NCBI GenBank assembly: GCA_053919585.1
Contig: CM132809.1
Source: Euprymna scolopes
Lineage: Eukaryota
Strand: one strand, 5' to 3'
Length of the DNA stretch: 64,000 nt
This document shows positions 30,001 through 45,000 of the stretch, piece after piece; within the stretch, counting starts at the first letter, position 1, and each line of letters opens with the position of its first letter. Both the position numbers and the translations under genes were made by a program. The notes under the pieces were generated by a model. That model was not told the origin of the DNA and did not search any database. It saw only the letters and a program-made list of their open reading frames with translations.

Positions 30001-33000
30001 CAATTGTTCCAAGGAATATGACTTTTCCTCAGTGTTACTACTCATATGCATCGGTAGATTTGATTTCTCAGGACAGGAATACTCCAATTGTTCCAAGGAA
30101 TATGACTTTTCCTCAGTGTTACTTCTCATATGCATCGGTAGATTTGATTTCTCAGGACAGGAATACTCCAATTGTTCCAAGGAATATGACTTTTCCTCAG
30201 TGTTACTACTCATATGCATCGATAGATTTGATTTCTCAGGACAGGAATACTCCAATTGTTCCAAGGAATATGACTTTTCCTCAGTGTTACTACTCATATG
30301 CATCGATAGATTTGATTTCTCAGGACAGGAATACTCCAATTGTTCCAAGGAATGCTCCAATTCTTCCAAGGAATATGACTTTTCCGCAGGATTAGTACTC
30401 ATATGCATCGGTAGATTTGATTTCTCAGGACAGGAATACTCTAATTGTCCCAAGGAATATGACTTTTCCACAGTGTTACTACTCATATGCATCGATAGAT
30501 TTGATTTCTCAGGACAGGAATACTCCAATTGTTCCAAGGAATATGACTTTTCCTCAGTGTTACTACTCATATGCATCGATAGATTTGATTTCTCAGGACA
30601 GGAATACTCCAATTGTTCCAAGGAATATGACTTTTCCTCAGTGTTACTACTCATATGCATCGATAGATTTGATTTCTCAGGACAGGAATACTCCAATTGT
30701 TCCAAGGAATGCTCCAATTCTTCCAAGGAATATGACTTTTCCGCAGGATTAGTACTCATATGCATCGGTTGATTTGATTTCTCAGGACAGGAATACTCCA
30801 ATTGTTCCAAGGAATATGACTTTTCCTCAGTGTTACTACTCATATGCATCGGTAGATTTGATTTCTCAGGACAGGAATACTCCAATTGTTCCAAGGAATA
30901 TGATTTTTCCTCAGTGTTACTACTCATATGCATCGATAGATTTGATTTCTCAGGACAGGAATACTCCAATTGTTCCAAGGAATATGACTTTTCCTCAGTG
31001 TTACTACTCATATGCATCGATAGATTTGATTTCTCAGGACAGGAATACTCCAATTGTTCCAAGGAATATGACTTTTCCTCAGTGTTACTACTCATATGCA
31101 TCGGTAGATTTGATTTCTCAGGACAGGAATACTCCAATTGTTCCAAGGAATATGACTTTTCCTCAGTGTTACTACTCATATGCATCGGTAGATTTGATTT
31201 CTCAGGAAAGAAATACTCCAATTGTTCCAAGGAATATGACTTTTCCTCAGTGTTACTACTCATATGCATCGGTAGATTTGATTTCTCAGGAAAGAAATAC
31301 TCCAATTGTTCCAAGGAATATGACTTTTCCTCAGTGTTACTACTCATATGCATCGGTAGATTTGATTTCTCAGGACAGGAATACTCCAATTGTTCCAAGG
31401 AATATGACTTTTCCTCAGTGTTACTACTCATATGCATCGGAAGATTTGATTTCTCAGGACAGGAATACTCCAATTGTTCCAAGGAATATGACTTTTCCTC
31501 AGTGTTACTTCTCATATGCATCGGTAGATTTGATTTCTCAGGACAGGAATACTCCAATTGTTCCAAGGAATATGACTTTTCCTCAGTGTTACTACTCATA
31601 TGCATCGGTAGATTTGATTTCTCAGGAAAGAAATACTCCAATTGTTCCAAGGAATATGACTTTTCCTCAGTGTTACTACTCATATGCATCGGTAGATTTG
31701 ATTTCTCAGGACAGGAATACTCCAATTGTTCCAAGGAATATGACTTTTCCTCAGTGTTACTACTCATATGCATCGGTAGATTTGATTTCTCAGGACAGGA
31801 ATACTCCAATTGTTCCAAGGAATATGACTTTTCCTCAGTGTTACTACTCATATGCATCGATAGATTTGATTTCTCAGGACAGGAATACTCCAATTGTTCC
31901 AAGGAATATGACTTTTCCTCAGTGTTACTACTCATATGCATCGATGGATTTGATTTCTCAGGACAGGAATACTCCAATTGTTCCAAGGAATGCTCCAATT
32001 CTTCCAAGGAATATGACTTTTCCGCAGGATTAGTACTCATATGCATCGGTAGATTTGATTTCTCAGGACAGGAATACTCCAATTGTTCCAAGGAATATGA
32101 CTTTTCCTCAGTGTTACTACTCATATGCATCGGTAGATTTGATTTCTCAGGACAGGAATACTCCAATTGTTCCAAGGAATATGACTTTTCCTCAGTGTTA
32201 CTACTCATATGCATCGATAGATTTGATTTCTCAGGACAGGAATACTCCAATTGTTCCAAGGAATATGAATTTTCCTCAGGGTTTACTTCTCATATGCATC
32301 GATAGATTTGATTTCTCAGGACAGGAATACTCCAATTGTTCCAAGGAATGCTCCAATTCTTCCAAGGAATATGACTTTTCCGCAGGATTAGTACTCATAT
32401 GCATCGGTAGATTTGATTTCTCAGGACAGGAATACTCCAATTGTTCCAAGGAATATGACTTTTCCTCAGTGTTACTACTCATATGCATCGGTAGATTTGA
32501 TTTCTCAGGAAAGAAATACTCCAATTGTTCCAAGGAATATGACTTTTCCTCAGTGTTACTACTCATATGCATCGGTAGATTTGATTTCTCAGGACAGGAA
32601 TACTCCAATTGTTCCAAGGAATATGACTTTTCCTCAGTGTTACTACTCATATGCATCGATAGATTTGATTTCTCAGGACAGGAATACTCCAATTGTTCCA
32701 AGGAATATGACTTTTCCTCAGTGTTACTACTCATATGCATCGATAGATTTGATTTCTCAGGACAGGAATACTCCAATTGTTCCAAGGAATATGACTTTTC
32801 CTCCGTGTTACTACTCATATGCATCGGTAGATTTGATTTCTCAGGACAGAAATACTCCAATTGTTCCAAGGAATGCTCCAATTCTTCCAAGGAATATGAC
32901 TTTTCCGCAATGTTACTACTCATATGCATCGGTAGATTTGATTTCTCAGGACAGGAATACTCCAATTGTTCCAAGGAATATGACTTTTCCTCAGTGTTAT

Positions 33001-36000
33001 TACTCATAGGCATCGGTAGATTTGATTTCTCAGGACAGGTATACTCCAATTGTTCCAAGGAATATGACTTTTCCTCAGTGTTACTACTCATATGCATCGG
33101 TAGATTTGATTTCTCAGGAAAGAAATACTCCAATTGTTCCAAGGAATATGACTTTTCCTCAGTGTTACTACTCATATGCATCGGTAGATTTGATTTCTCA
33201 GGACAGGAATACTCCAATTGTTCCAAGGAATATGACTTTTCCTCAGTGTTACTACTCATATGCATCGGTAGATTTGATTTCTCAGGACAGGAATACTCCA
33301 ATTGTTCCAAGGAATATGACTTTTCCTCAGTGTTACTTCTCATATGCATCGGTAGATTTGATTTCTCAGGACAGGAATACTCCAATTGTTCCAAGGAATA
33401 TGACTTTTCCTCAGTGTTACTACTCATATGCATCGATAGATTTGATTTCTCAGGACAGGAATACTCCAATTGTTCCAAGGAATATGACTTTTCCTCAGTG
33501 TTACTACTCATATGCATCGATGGATTTGATTTCTCAGGACAGGAATACTCCAATTGTTCCAAGGAATGCTCCAATTCTTCCAAGGAATATGACTTTTCCG
33601 CAGGATTAGTACTCATATGCATCGGTAGATTTGATTTCTCAGGACAGGAATACTCCAATTGTTCCAAGGAATATGACTTTTCCTCAGTGTTACTACTCAT
33701 ATGCATCGGTAGATTTGATTTCTCAGGACAGGAATACTCCAATTGTTCCAAGGAATATGACTTTTCCTCAGTGTTACTACTCATATGCATCGATAGATTT
33801 GATTTCTCAGGACAGGAATACTCCAATTGTTCCAAGGAATATGAATTTTCCTCAGGGTTTACTTCTCATATGCATCGATAGATTTGATTTCTCAGGACAG
33901 GAATACTCCAATTGTTCCAAGGAATGCTCCAATTCTTCCAAGGAATATGACTTTTCCGCAGGATTAGTACTCATATGCATCGGTAGATTTGATTTCTCAG
34001 GACAGGAATACTCCAATTGTTCCAAGGAATATGACTTTTCCTCAGTGTTACTACTCATATGCATCGGTAGATTTGATTTCTCAGGAAAGAAATACTCCAA
34101 TTGTTCCAAGGAATATGACTTTTCCTCAGTGTTACTACTCATATGCATCGATAGATTTGATTTCTCAGGACAGGAATACTCCAATTGTTCCAAGGAATAT
34201 GACTTTTCCTCAGTGTTACTACTCATATGCATCGGTAGATTTGATTTCTCAGGAAAGAAATACTCCAATTGTTCCAAGGAATATGACTTTTCCTCAGTGT
34301 TACTACTCATATGCATCGGTAGATTTGATTTCTCAGGAAAGAAATACTCCAATTGTTCCAAGGAATATGACTTTTCCTCAGTGTTACTACTCATATGCAT
34401 CGGTAGATTTGATTTCTCAGGACAGGAATACTCCAATTGTTCCAAGGAATATGACTTTTCCTCAGTGTTACTACTCATATGCATCGGTAGATTTGATTTC
34501 TCAGGACAGGAATACTCCAATTGTTCCAAGGAATATGACTTTTCCTCAGTGTTACTTCTCATATGCATCGGTAGATTTGATTTCTCAGGACAGGAATACT
34601 CCAATTGTTCCAAGGAATATGACTTTTCCTCAGTGTTACTACTCATATGCATCGGTAGATTTGATTTCTCAGGAAAGAAATACTCCAATTCTTCCAAGGA
34701 ATATGACTTTTCCGCAGGATTAGTACTCATATGCATCGGTAGATTTGATTTCTCAGGACAGGAATACTCCAATTGTTCCAAGGAATATGACTTTTCCTCA
34801 GTGTTACTACTCATATGCATCGGTAGATTTGATTTCTCAGGACAGGAATACTCCAATTGTTCCAAGGAATATGACTTTTCCTCAGTGTTACTACTCATAT
34901 GCATCGATAGATTTGATTTCTCAGGACAGGAATACTCCAATTGTTCCAAGGAATATGACTTTTCCTCAGTGTTACTACTCATATGCATCGATGGATTTGA
35001 TTTCTCAGGACAGGAATACTCCAATTGTTCCAAGGAATGCTCCAATTCTTCCAAGGAATATGACTTTTCCGCAGGATTAGTACTCATATGCATCGGTAGA
35101 TTTGATTTCTCAGGACAGGAATACTCCAATTGTTCCAAGGAATATGACTTTTCCTCAGTGTTACTACTCATATGCATCGGTAGATTTGATTTCTCAGGAC
35201 AGGAATACTCCAATTGTTCCAAGGAATATGACTTTTCCTCAGTGTTACTACTCATATGCATCGATAGATTTGATTTCTCAGGACAGGAATACTCCAATTG
35301 TTCCAAGGAATATGAATTTTCCTCAGGGTTTACTTCTCATATGCATCGATAGATTTGATTTCTCAGGACAGGAATACTCCAATTGTTCCAAGGAATGCTC
35401 CAATTCTTCCAAGGAATATGACTTTTCCGCAGGATTAGTACTCATATGCATCGGTAGATTTGATTTCTCAGGACAGGAATACTCCAATTGTTCCAAGGAA
35501 TATGACTTTTCCTCAGTGTTACTACTCATATGCATCGGTAGATTTGATTTCTCAGGAAAGAAATACTCCAATTGTTCCAAGGAATATGACTTTTCCTCAG
35601 TGTTACTACTCATATGCATCGGTAGATTTGATTTCTCAGGACAGGAATACTCCAATTGTTCCAAGGAATATGACTTTTCCTCAGTGTTACTACTCATATG
35701 CATCGATAGATTTGATTTCTCAGGACAGGAATACTCCAATTGTTCCAAGGAATATGACTTTTCCTCAGTGTTACTACTCATATGCATCGATAGATTTGAT
35801 TTCTCAGGACAGGAATACTCCAATTGTTCCAAGGAATATGACTTTTCCTCCGTGTTACTACTCATATGCATCGGTAGATTTGATTTCTCAGGACAGAAAT
35901 ACTCCAATTGTTCCAAGGAATGCTCCAATTCTTCCAAGGAATATGACTTTTCCGCAATGTTACTACTCATATGCATCGGTAGATTTGATTTCTCAGGACA

Positions 36001-39000
36001 GGAATACTCCAATTGTTCCAAGGAATATGACTTTTCCTCAGTGTTATTACTCATAGGCATCGGTAGATTTGATTTCTCAGGACAGGTATACTCCAATTGT
36101 TCCAAGGAATATGACTTTTCCTCAGTGTTACTACTCATATGCATCGGTAGATTTGATTTCTCAGGAAAGAAATACTCCAATTGTTCCAAGGAATATGACT
36201 TTTCCTCAGTGTTACTACTCATATGCATCGGTAGATTTGATTTCTCAGGACAGGAATACTCCAATTGTTCCAAGGAATATGACTTTTCCTCAGTGTTACT
36301 ACTCATATGCATCGGTAGATTTGATTTCTCAGGACAGGAATACTCCAATTGTTCCAAGGAATATGACTTTTCCTCAGTGTTACTTCTCATATGCATCGGT
36401 AGATTTGATTTCTCAGGACAGGAATACTCCAATTGTTCCAAGGAATATGACTTTTCCTCAGTGTTACTACTCATATGCATCGATAGATTTGATTTCTCAG
36501 GACAGGAATACTCCAATTGTTCCAAGGAATATGACTTTTCCTCAGTGTTACTACTCATATGCATCGATGGATTTGATTTCTCAGGACAGGAATACTCCAA
36601 TTGTTCCAAGGAATGCTCCAATTCTTCCAAGGAATATGACTTTTCCGCAGGATTAGTACTCATATGCATCGGTAGATTTGATTTCTCAGGACAGGAATAC
36701 TCCAATTGTTCCAAGGAATATGACTTTTCCTCAGTGTTACTACTCATATGCATCGGTAGATTTGATTTCTCAGGACAGGAATACTCCAATTGTTCCAAGG
36801 AATATGACTTTTCCTCAGTGTTACTACTCATATGCATCGATAGATTTGATTTCTCAGGACAGGAATACTCCAATTGTTCCAAGGAATATGAATTTTCCTC
36901 AGGGTTTACTTCTCATATGCATCGATAGATTTGATTTCTCAGGACAGGAATACTCCAATTGTTCCAAGGAATGCTCCAATTCTTCCAAGGAATATGACTT
37001 TTCCGCAGGATTAGTACTCATATGCATCGGTAGATTTGATTTCTCAGGACAGGAATACTCCAATTGTTCCAAGGAATATGACTTTTCCTCAGTGTTACTA
37101 CTCATATGCATCGGTAGATTTGATTTCTCAGGAAAGAAATACTCCAATTGTTCCAAGGAATATGACTTTTCCTCAGTGTTACTACTCATATGCATCGGTA
37201 GATTTGATTTCTCAGGACAGGAATACTCCAATTGTTCCAAGGAATATGACTTTTCCTCAGTGTTACTACTCATATGCATCGATAGATTTGATTTCTCAGG
37301 ACAGGAATACTCCAATTGTTCCAAGGAATATGACTTTTCCTCAGTGTTACTACTCATATGCATCGATAGATTTGATTTCTCAGGACAGGAATACTCCAAT
37401 TGTTCCAAGGAATATGACTTTTCCTCCGTGTTACTACTCATATGCATCGGTAGATTTGATTTCTCAGGACAGAAATACTCCAATTGTTCCAAGGAATGCT
37501 CCAATTCTTCCAAGGAATATGACTTTTCCGCAATGTTACTACTCATATGCATCGGTAGATTTGATTTCTCAGGACAGGAATACTCCAATTGTTCCAAGGA
37601 ATATGACTTTTCCTCAGTGTTATTACTCATAGGCATCGGTAGATTTGATTTCTCAGGACAGGTATACTCCAATTGTTCCAAGGAATATGACTTTTCCTCA
37701 GTGTTACTACTCATATGCATCGGTAGATTTGATTTCTCAGGAAAGAAATACTCCAATTGTTCCAAGGAATATGACTTTTCCTCAGTTTTACTACTCATAT
37801 GCATCGGTAGATTTGATTTCTCAGGATAGGAATACTCCAATTGTTCCAAGGAATATGACTTTTCCTCAGTGTTACTACTCATATGAATCGATAGATTTGA
37901 TTTCTCAGGACAGGAATACTCCAATTGTTCCAAGGAATATGACTTTTCCTCAGTGTTACTACTCATATGCATCGGTAGATTTGATTTCTCAGGACAGGAA
38001 TTCTCCAATTGTTCCAAGGAATATGACTTTTCCGCAGTGTTACTACTCATATGCATCGGTAGATTTGATTTCTCAGGACAGGAATACTCCAATTGTTCCA
38101 AGGAATATGACTTTTCCTCAGTGTTACTACTCATATGCATCGGTAGATTTGATTTCTCAGGAAAGAAATACTCCAATTGTTCCAAGGAATATGACTTTTC
38201 CTCAGTGTTACTACTCATATGCATCGGTAGATTTGATTTCTCAGGACAGGAATTCTCCAATTGTTCCAAGGAATATGACTTTTCCGCAGTGTTACTACTC
38301 ATATGCATCGGTAGATTTGATTTCTCAGGACAGGAATACTCCAATTGTTCCAAGGAATATGACTTTTCCTCAGTGTTACTACTCATATGCATCGGTAGAT
38401 TTGATTTCTCAGGAAAGAAATACTCCAATTGTTCCAAGGAATATGACTTTTCCTCAGTGTTACTACTCATATGCATCGGTAGATTTTATTTCTCAGGACA
38501 GGTATACTCCAATTGTTCCAAGGAATATGACTTTTCCTCAGTGTTACTACTCATATGCATCGATAGATTTGATTTCTCAGGACAGGAATACTCCAATTGT
38601 TCCAAGGAATATGACTTTTCCTCAGTGTTACTACTCATATGCATCGATAGATTTGATTACTCAGGACAGGAATACTCCAATTGTTCCAAGGAATATGACT
38701 TTTCCTCAGTGTTACTACTTATATGCATTGGTAGATTTGATTTCTCAGGACAGGAATTCTCCAATTGTTCCAAGGAATATGACTTTTCCGCAGTGTTACT
38801 ACTCATATGCATCGGTAGATTTGATTTCTCAGGACAGGAATACTCCAATTGTTCCAAGGAATATGACTTTTCCTCAGTGTTACTACTCATATGCATCGAT
38901 AGATTTGATTTCTCAGGACAGGAATACTCCAATTGTTCCAAGGAATATGACTTTTCCGCAGTGTTACTACTCATATGCATCGATAGATTTGATTTCTCAG

Positions 39001-42000
39001 GACAGGAATACTCCAATTGTTCCAAGGAATATGACTTTTCCTCAGTGTTACTACTCATATGCATCGGTAGATTTGATTTCTCAGGACAGGAATACTCCAA
39101 TTGTTCCAAGGAATATGACTTTTCCTCAGTGTTACTACTCATATGCATCGGTAGATTTGATTTCTCAGGACAGGAATACTCCAATTGTTCCAAGGAATAT
39201 GACTTTTCCTCAGTGTTACTACTCATATGCATCGATAGATTTGATTTCTCAGGACAGGAATACTCCAATTGTTCCAAGGAATATGACTTTTCCTCAGTGT
39301 TACTACTCATATGCATCGATAGATTTGATTTCTCAGGACAGGAATACTCCAATTGTTCCAAGGAATGCTCCAATTCTTCCAAGGAATATGACTTTTCCGC
39401 AGGATTAGTACTCATATGCATCGGTAGATTTGATTTCTCAGGACAGGAATACTCTAATTGTCCCAAGGAATATGACTTTTCCGCAGTGTTACTACTCATA
39501 TGCATCGATAGATTTGATTTCTCAGGACAGGAATACTCCAATTGTTCCAAGGAATATGACTTTTCCTCAGTGTTACTACTCATATGCATCGATAGATTTG
39601 ATTTCTCAGGACAGGAATACTCCAATTGTTCCAAGGAATATGACTTTTCCTCAGTGTTACTACTCATATGCATCGATAGATTTGATTTCTCAGGACAGGA
39701 ATACTCCAATTGTTCCAAGGAATGCTCCAATTCTTCCAAGGAATATGACTTTTCCGCAGGATTAGTACTCATATGCATCGGTTGATTTGATTTCTCAGGA
39801 CAGGAATACTCCAATTGTTCCAAGGAATATGACTTTTCCTCAGTGTTACTACTCATATGCATCGGTAGATTTGATTTCTCAGGACAGGAATACTCCAATT
39901 GTTCCAAGGAATATGACTTTTCCTCAGTGTTACTACTCATATGCATCGATAGATTTGATTTCTCAGGACAGGAATACTCCAATTGTTCCAAGGAATATGA
40001 CTTTTCCTCAGTGTTACTACTCATATGCATCGATAGATTTGATTTCTCAGGACAGGAATACTCCAATTGTTCCAAGGAATATGACTTTTCCTCAGTGTTA
40101 CTACTCATATGCATCGGTAGATTTGATTTCTCAGGACAGGAATACTCCAATTGTTCCAAGGAATATGACTTTTCCTCAGTGTTACTACTCATATGCATCG
40201 GTAGATTTGATTTCTCAGGAAAGAAATACTCCAATTGTTCCAAGGAATATGACTTTTCCTCAGTGTTACTACTCATATGCATCGGTAGATTTGATTTCTC
40301 AGGAAAGAAATACTCCAATTGTTCCAAGGAATATGACTTTTCCTCAGTGTTACTACTCATATGCATCGGTAGATTTGATTTCTCAGGACAGGAATACTCC
40401 AATTGTTCCAAGGAATATGACTTTTCCTCAGTGTTACTACTCATATGCATCGGTAGATTTGATTTCTCAGGACAGGAATACTCCAATTGTTCCAAGGAAT
40501 ATGACTTTTCCTCAGTGTTACTTCTCATATGCATCGGTAGATTTGATTTCTCAGGACAGGAATACTCCAATTGTTCCAAGGAATATGACTTTTCCTCAGT
40601 GTTACTACTCATATGCATCGGTAGATTTGATTTCTCAGGAAAGAAATACTCCAATTGTTCCAAGGAATATGACTTTTCCTCAGTGTTACTACTCATATGC
40701 ATCGGTAGATTTGATTTCTCAGGACAGGAATACTCCAATTGTTCCAAGGAATATGACTTTTCCTCAGTGTTACTACTCATATGCATCGGTAGATTTGATT
40801 ACTCAGGACAGGAATACTCCAATTGTTCCAAGGAATATGACTTTTCCTCAGTGTTACTACTCATATGCATCGATAGATTTGATTTCTCAGGACAGGAATA
40901 CTCCAATTGTTCCAAGGAATATGACTTTTCCTCAGTGTTACTACTCATAGGCATCGATAGATTTGATTTCTCAGGACAGGAATACTCCAATTGTTCCAAG
41001 GAATGCTCCAATTCTTCCAAGGAATATGACTTTTCCGCAGGATTAGTACTCATATGCATCGGTAGATTTGATTTCTCAGGACAGGAATACTCCAATTGTT
41101 CCAAGGAATATGACTTTTCCTCAGTGTTACTACTCATATGCATCGGTAGATTTGATTTCTCAGGACAGGAATACTCCAATTGTTCCAAGGAATATGACTT
41201 TTCCTCAGTGTTACTACTCATATGCATCGATAGATTTGATTTCTCAGGACAGGAATACTCCAATTGTTCCAAGGAATATGACTTTTCCTCAGTGTTACTA
41301 CTCATATGCATCGATAGATTTGATTTCTCAGGACAGGAATACTCCAATTGTTCCAAGGAATGCTCCAATTCTTCCAAGGAATATGACTTTTCCGCAGGAT
41401 TAGTACTCATATGCATCGGTAGATTTGATTTCTCAGGACAGGAATACTCCAATTGTTCCAAGGAATATGACTTTTCCTCAGTGTTACTACTCATATGCAT
41501 CGGTAGATTTGATTTCTCAGGAAAGAAATACTCCAATTGTTCCAAGGAATATGACTTTTCCTCAGTGTTACTACTCATATGCATCGGTAGATTTGATTTC
41601 TCAGGACAGGAATACTCCAATTGTTCCAAGGAATATGACTTTTCCTCAGTGTTACTACTCATATGCATCGATAGATTTGATTTCTCAGGACAGGAATACT
41701 CCAATTGTTCCAAGGAATATGACTTTTCCTCAGTGTTACTACTCATATGCATCGGTAGATTTGATTTCTCAGGACAGGAATACTCCAATTGTTCCAAGGA
41801 ATATGACTTTTCCTCAGTGTTACTACTCATATGCATCGGTAGATTTGATTTCTCAGGACAGGAATACTCCAATTGTTCCAAGGAATATGACTTTTCCTCA
41901 GTGTTACTACTCATATGCATCGGTAGATTTGATTTCTCAGGAAAGAAATACTCCAATTGTTCCAAGGAATATGACTTTTCCTCAGTGTTACTACTCATAT

Positions 42001-45000
42001 GCATCGGTAGATTTGATTTCTCAGGAAAGAAATACTCCAATTGTTCCAAGGAATATGACTTTTCCTCAGTGTTACTACTCATATGCATCGATAGATTTGA
42101 TTTCTCAGGACAGGAATACTCCAATTGTTCCAAGGAATGCTCCAATTCTTCCAAGGAATATGACTTTTTCGCAGGATTAGTACTCATATGCATCGGTTGA
42201 TTTGATTTCTCAGGACAGGAATACTCCAATTGTTCCAAGGAATATGACTTTTCCTCAGTGTTACTACTCATATGCATCGGTAGATTTGATTTCTCAGGAC
42301 AGGAATACTCCAATTGTTCCAAGGAATATGACTTTTCCTCAGTGTTACTACTCATATGCATCGATAGATTTGATTTCTCAGGACAGGAATACTCCAATTG
42401 TTCCAAGGAATATGACTTTTCCTCAGTGTTACTACTCATATGCATCGATAGATTTGATTTCTCAGGACAGGAATACTCCAATTGTTCCAAGGAATGCTCC
42501 AATTGTTCCAAGGAATATGACTTTTCCTCAGTGTTACTACTCATATGCATCGGTAGATTTGATTTCTCAGGACAGGAATACTCCAATTGTTCCAAGGAAT
42601 ATGACTTTTCCTCAGTGTTACTACTCATATGCATCGGTAGATTTGATTTCTCAGGAAAGAAATACTCCAATTGTTCCAAGGAATATGACTTTTCCTCAGT
42701 GTTACTACTCATATGCATCGGTAGATTTGATTTCTCAGGAAAGAAATACTCCAATTGTTCCAAGGAATATGACTTTTCCTCAGTGTTACTACTCATATGC
42801 ATCGGTAGATTTGATTTCTCAGGACAGGAATACTCCAATTGTTCCAAGGAATATGACTTTTCCTCAGTGTTACTACTCATATGCATCGGTAGATTTGATT
42901 TCTCAGGACAGGAATACTCCAATTGTTCCAAGGAATATGACTTTTCCTCAGTGTTACTTCTCATATGCATCGGTAGATTTGATTTCTCAGGACAGGAATA
43001 CTCCAATTGTTCCAAGGAATATGACTTTTCCTCAGTGTTACTACTCATATGCATCGGTAGATTTGATTTCTCAGGAAAGAAATACTCCAATTGTTCCAAG
43101 GAATATGACTTTTCCTCAGTGTTACTACTCATATGCATCGGTAGATTTGATTTCTCAGGACAGGAATACTCCAATTGTTCCAAGGAATATGACTTTTCCT
43201 CAGTGTTACTACTCATATGCATCGGTAGATTTGATTACTCAGGACAGGAATACTCCAATTGTTCCAAGGAATATGACTTTTCCTCAGTGTTACTACTCAT
43301 ATGCATCGATAGATTTGATTTCTCAGGACAGGAATACTCCAATTGTTCCAAGGAATATGACTTTTCCTCAGTGTTACTACTCATAGGCATCGATAGATTT
43401 GACTTCTCAGGACAGGAATACTCCAATTGTTCCAAGGAATGCTCCAATTCTTCCAAGGAATATGACTTTTCCGCAGGATTAGTACTCATATGCATCGGTA
43501 GATTTGATTTCTCAGGACAGGAATACTCCAATTGTTCCAAGGAATATGACTTTTCCTCAGTGTTACTACTCATATGCATCGGTAGATTTGATTTCTCAGG
43601 ACAGGAATACTCCAATTGTTCCAAGGAATATGACTTTTCCTCAGTGTTACTACTCATATGCATCGATAGATTTGATTTCTCAGGACAGGAATACTCCAAT
43701 TGTTCCAAGGAATATGACTTTTCCTCAGTGTTACTACTCATATGCATCGATAGATTTGATTTCTCAGGACAGGAATACTCCAATTGTTCCAAGGAATGCT
43801 CCAATTCTTCCAAGGAATATGACTTTTCCGCAGGATTAGTACTCATATGCATCGGTAGATTTGATTTCTCAGGACAGGAATACTCCAATTGTTCCAAGGA
43901 ATATGACTTTTCCTCAGTGTTACTACTCATATGCATCGGTAGATTTGATTTCTCAGGAAAGAAATACTCCAATTGTTCCAAGGAATATGACTTTTCCTCA
44001 GTGTTACTACTCATATGCATCGGTAGATTTGATTTCTCAGGACAGGAATACTCCAATTGTTCCAAGGAATATGACTTTTCCTCAGTGTTACTACTCATAT
44101 GCATCGATAGATTTGATTTCTCAGGACAGGAATACTCCAATTGTTCCAAGGAATATGACTTTTCCTCAGTGTTACTACTCATATGCATCGGTAGATTTGA
44201 TTTCTCAGGACAGGAATACTCCAATTGTTCCAAGGAATATGACTTTTCCTCAGTGTTACTACTCATATGCATCGGTAGATTTGATTTCTCAGGACAGGAA
44301 TACTCCAATTGTTCCAAGGAATATGACTTTTCCTCAGTGTTACTACTCATATGCATCGGTAGATTTGATTTCTCAGGAAAGAAATACTCCAATTGTTCCA
44401 AGGAATATGACTTTTCCTCAGTGTTACTACTCATATGCATCGGTAGATTTGATTTCTCAGGAAAGAAATACTCCAATTGTTCCAAGGAATATGACTTTTC
44501 CTCAGTGTTACTACTCATATGCATCGGTAGATTTGATTTCTCAGGACAGGAATACTCCAATTGTTCCAAGGAATATGACTTTTCCTCAGTGTTACTACTC
44601 ATATGCATCGGTAGATTTGATTTCTCAGGACAGGAATACTCCAATTGTTCCAAGGAATATGACTTTTCCTCAGTGTTACTACTCATATGCATCGGTAGAT
44701 TTGATTTCTCAGGACAGGAATACTCCAATTGTTCCAAGGAATATGACTTTTCCTCAGTGTTACTACTCATATGCATCGGTAGATTTGATTTCTCAGGACA
44801 GGAATACTCCAATTGTTCCAAGGAATATGACTTTTCCTCAGTGTTACTACTCATATGCATCGGTAGATTTGATTTCTCAGGACAGGAATACTCCAATTGT
44901 TCCAAGGAATATGACTTTTCCTCAGTGTTACTACTCATATGCATCGGTAGATTTGATTTCTCAGGACAGGAATACTCCAATTGTTCCAAGGAATATGACT

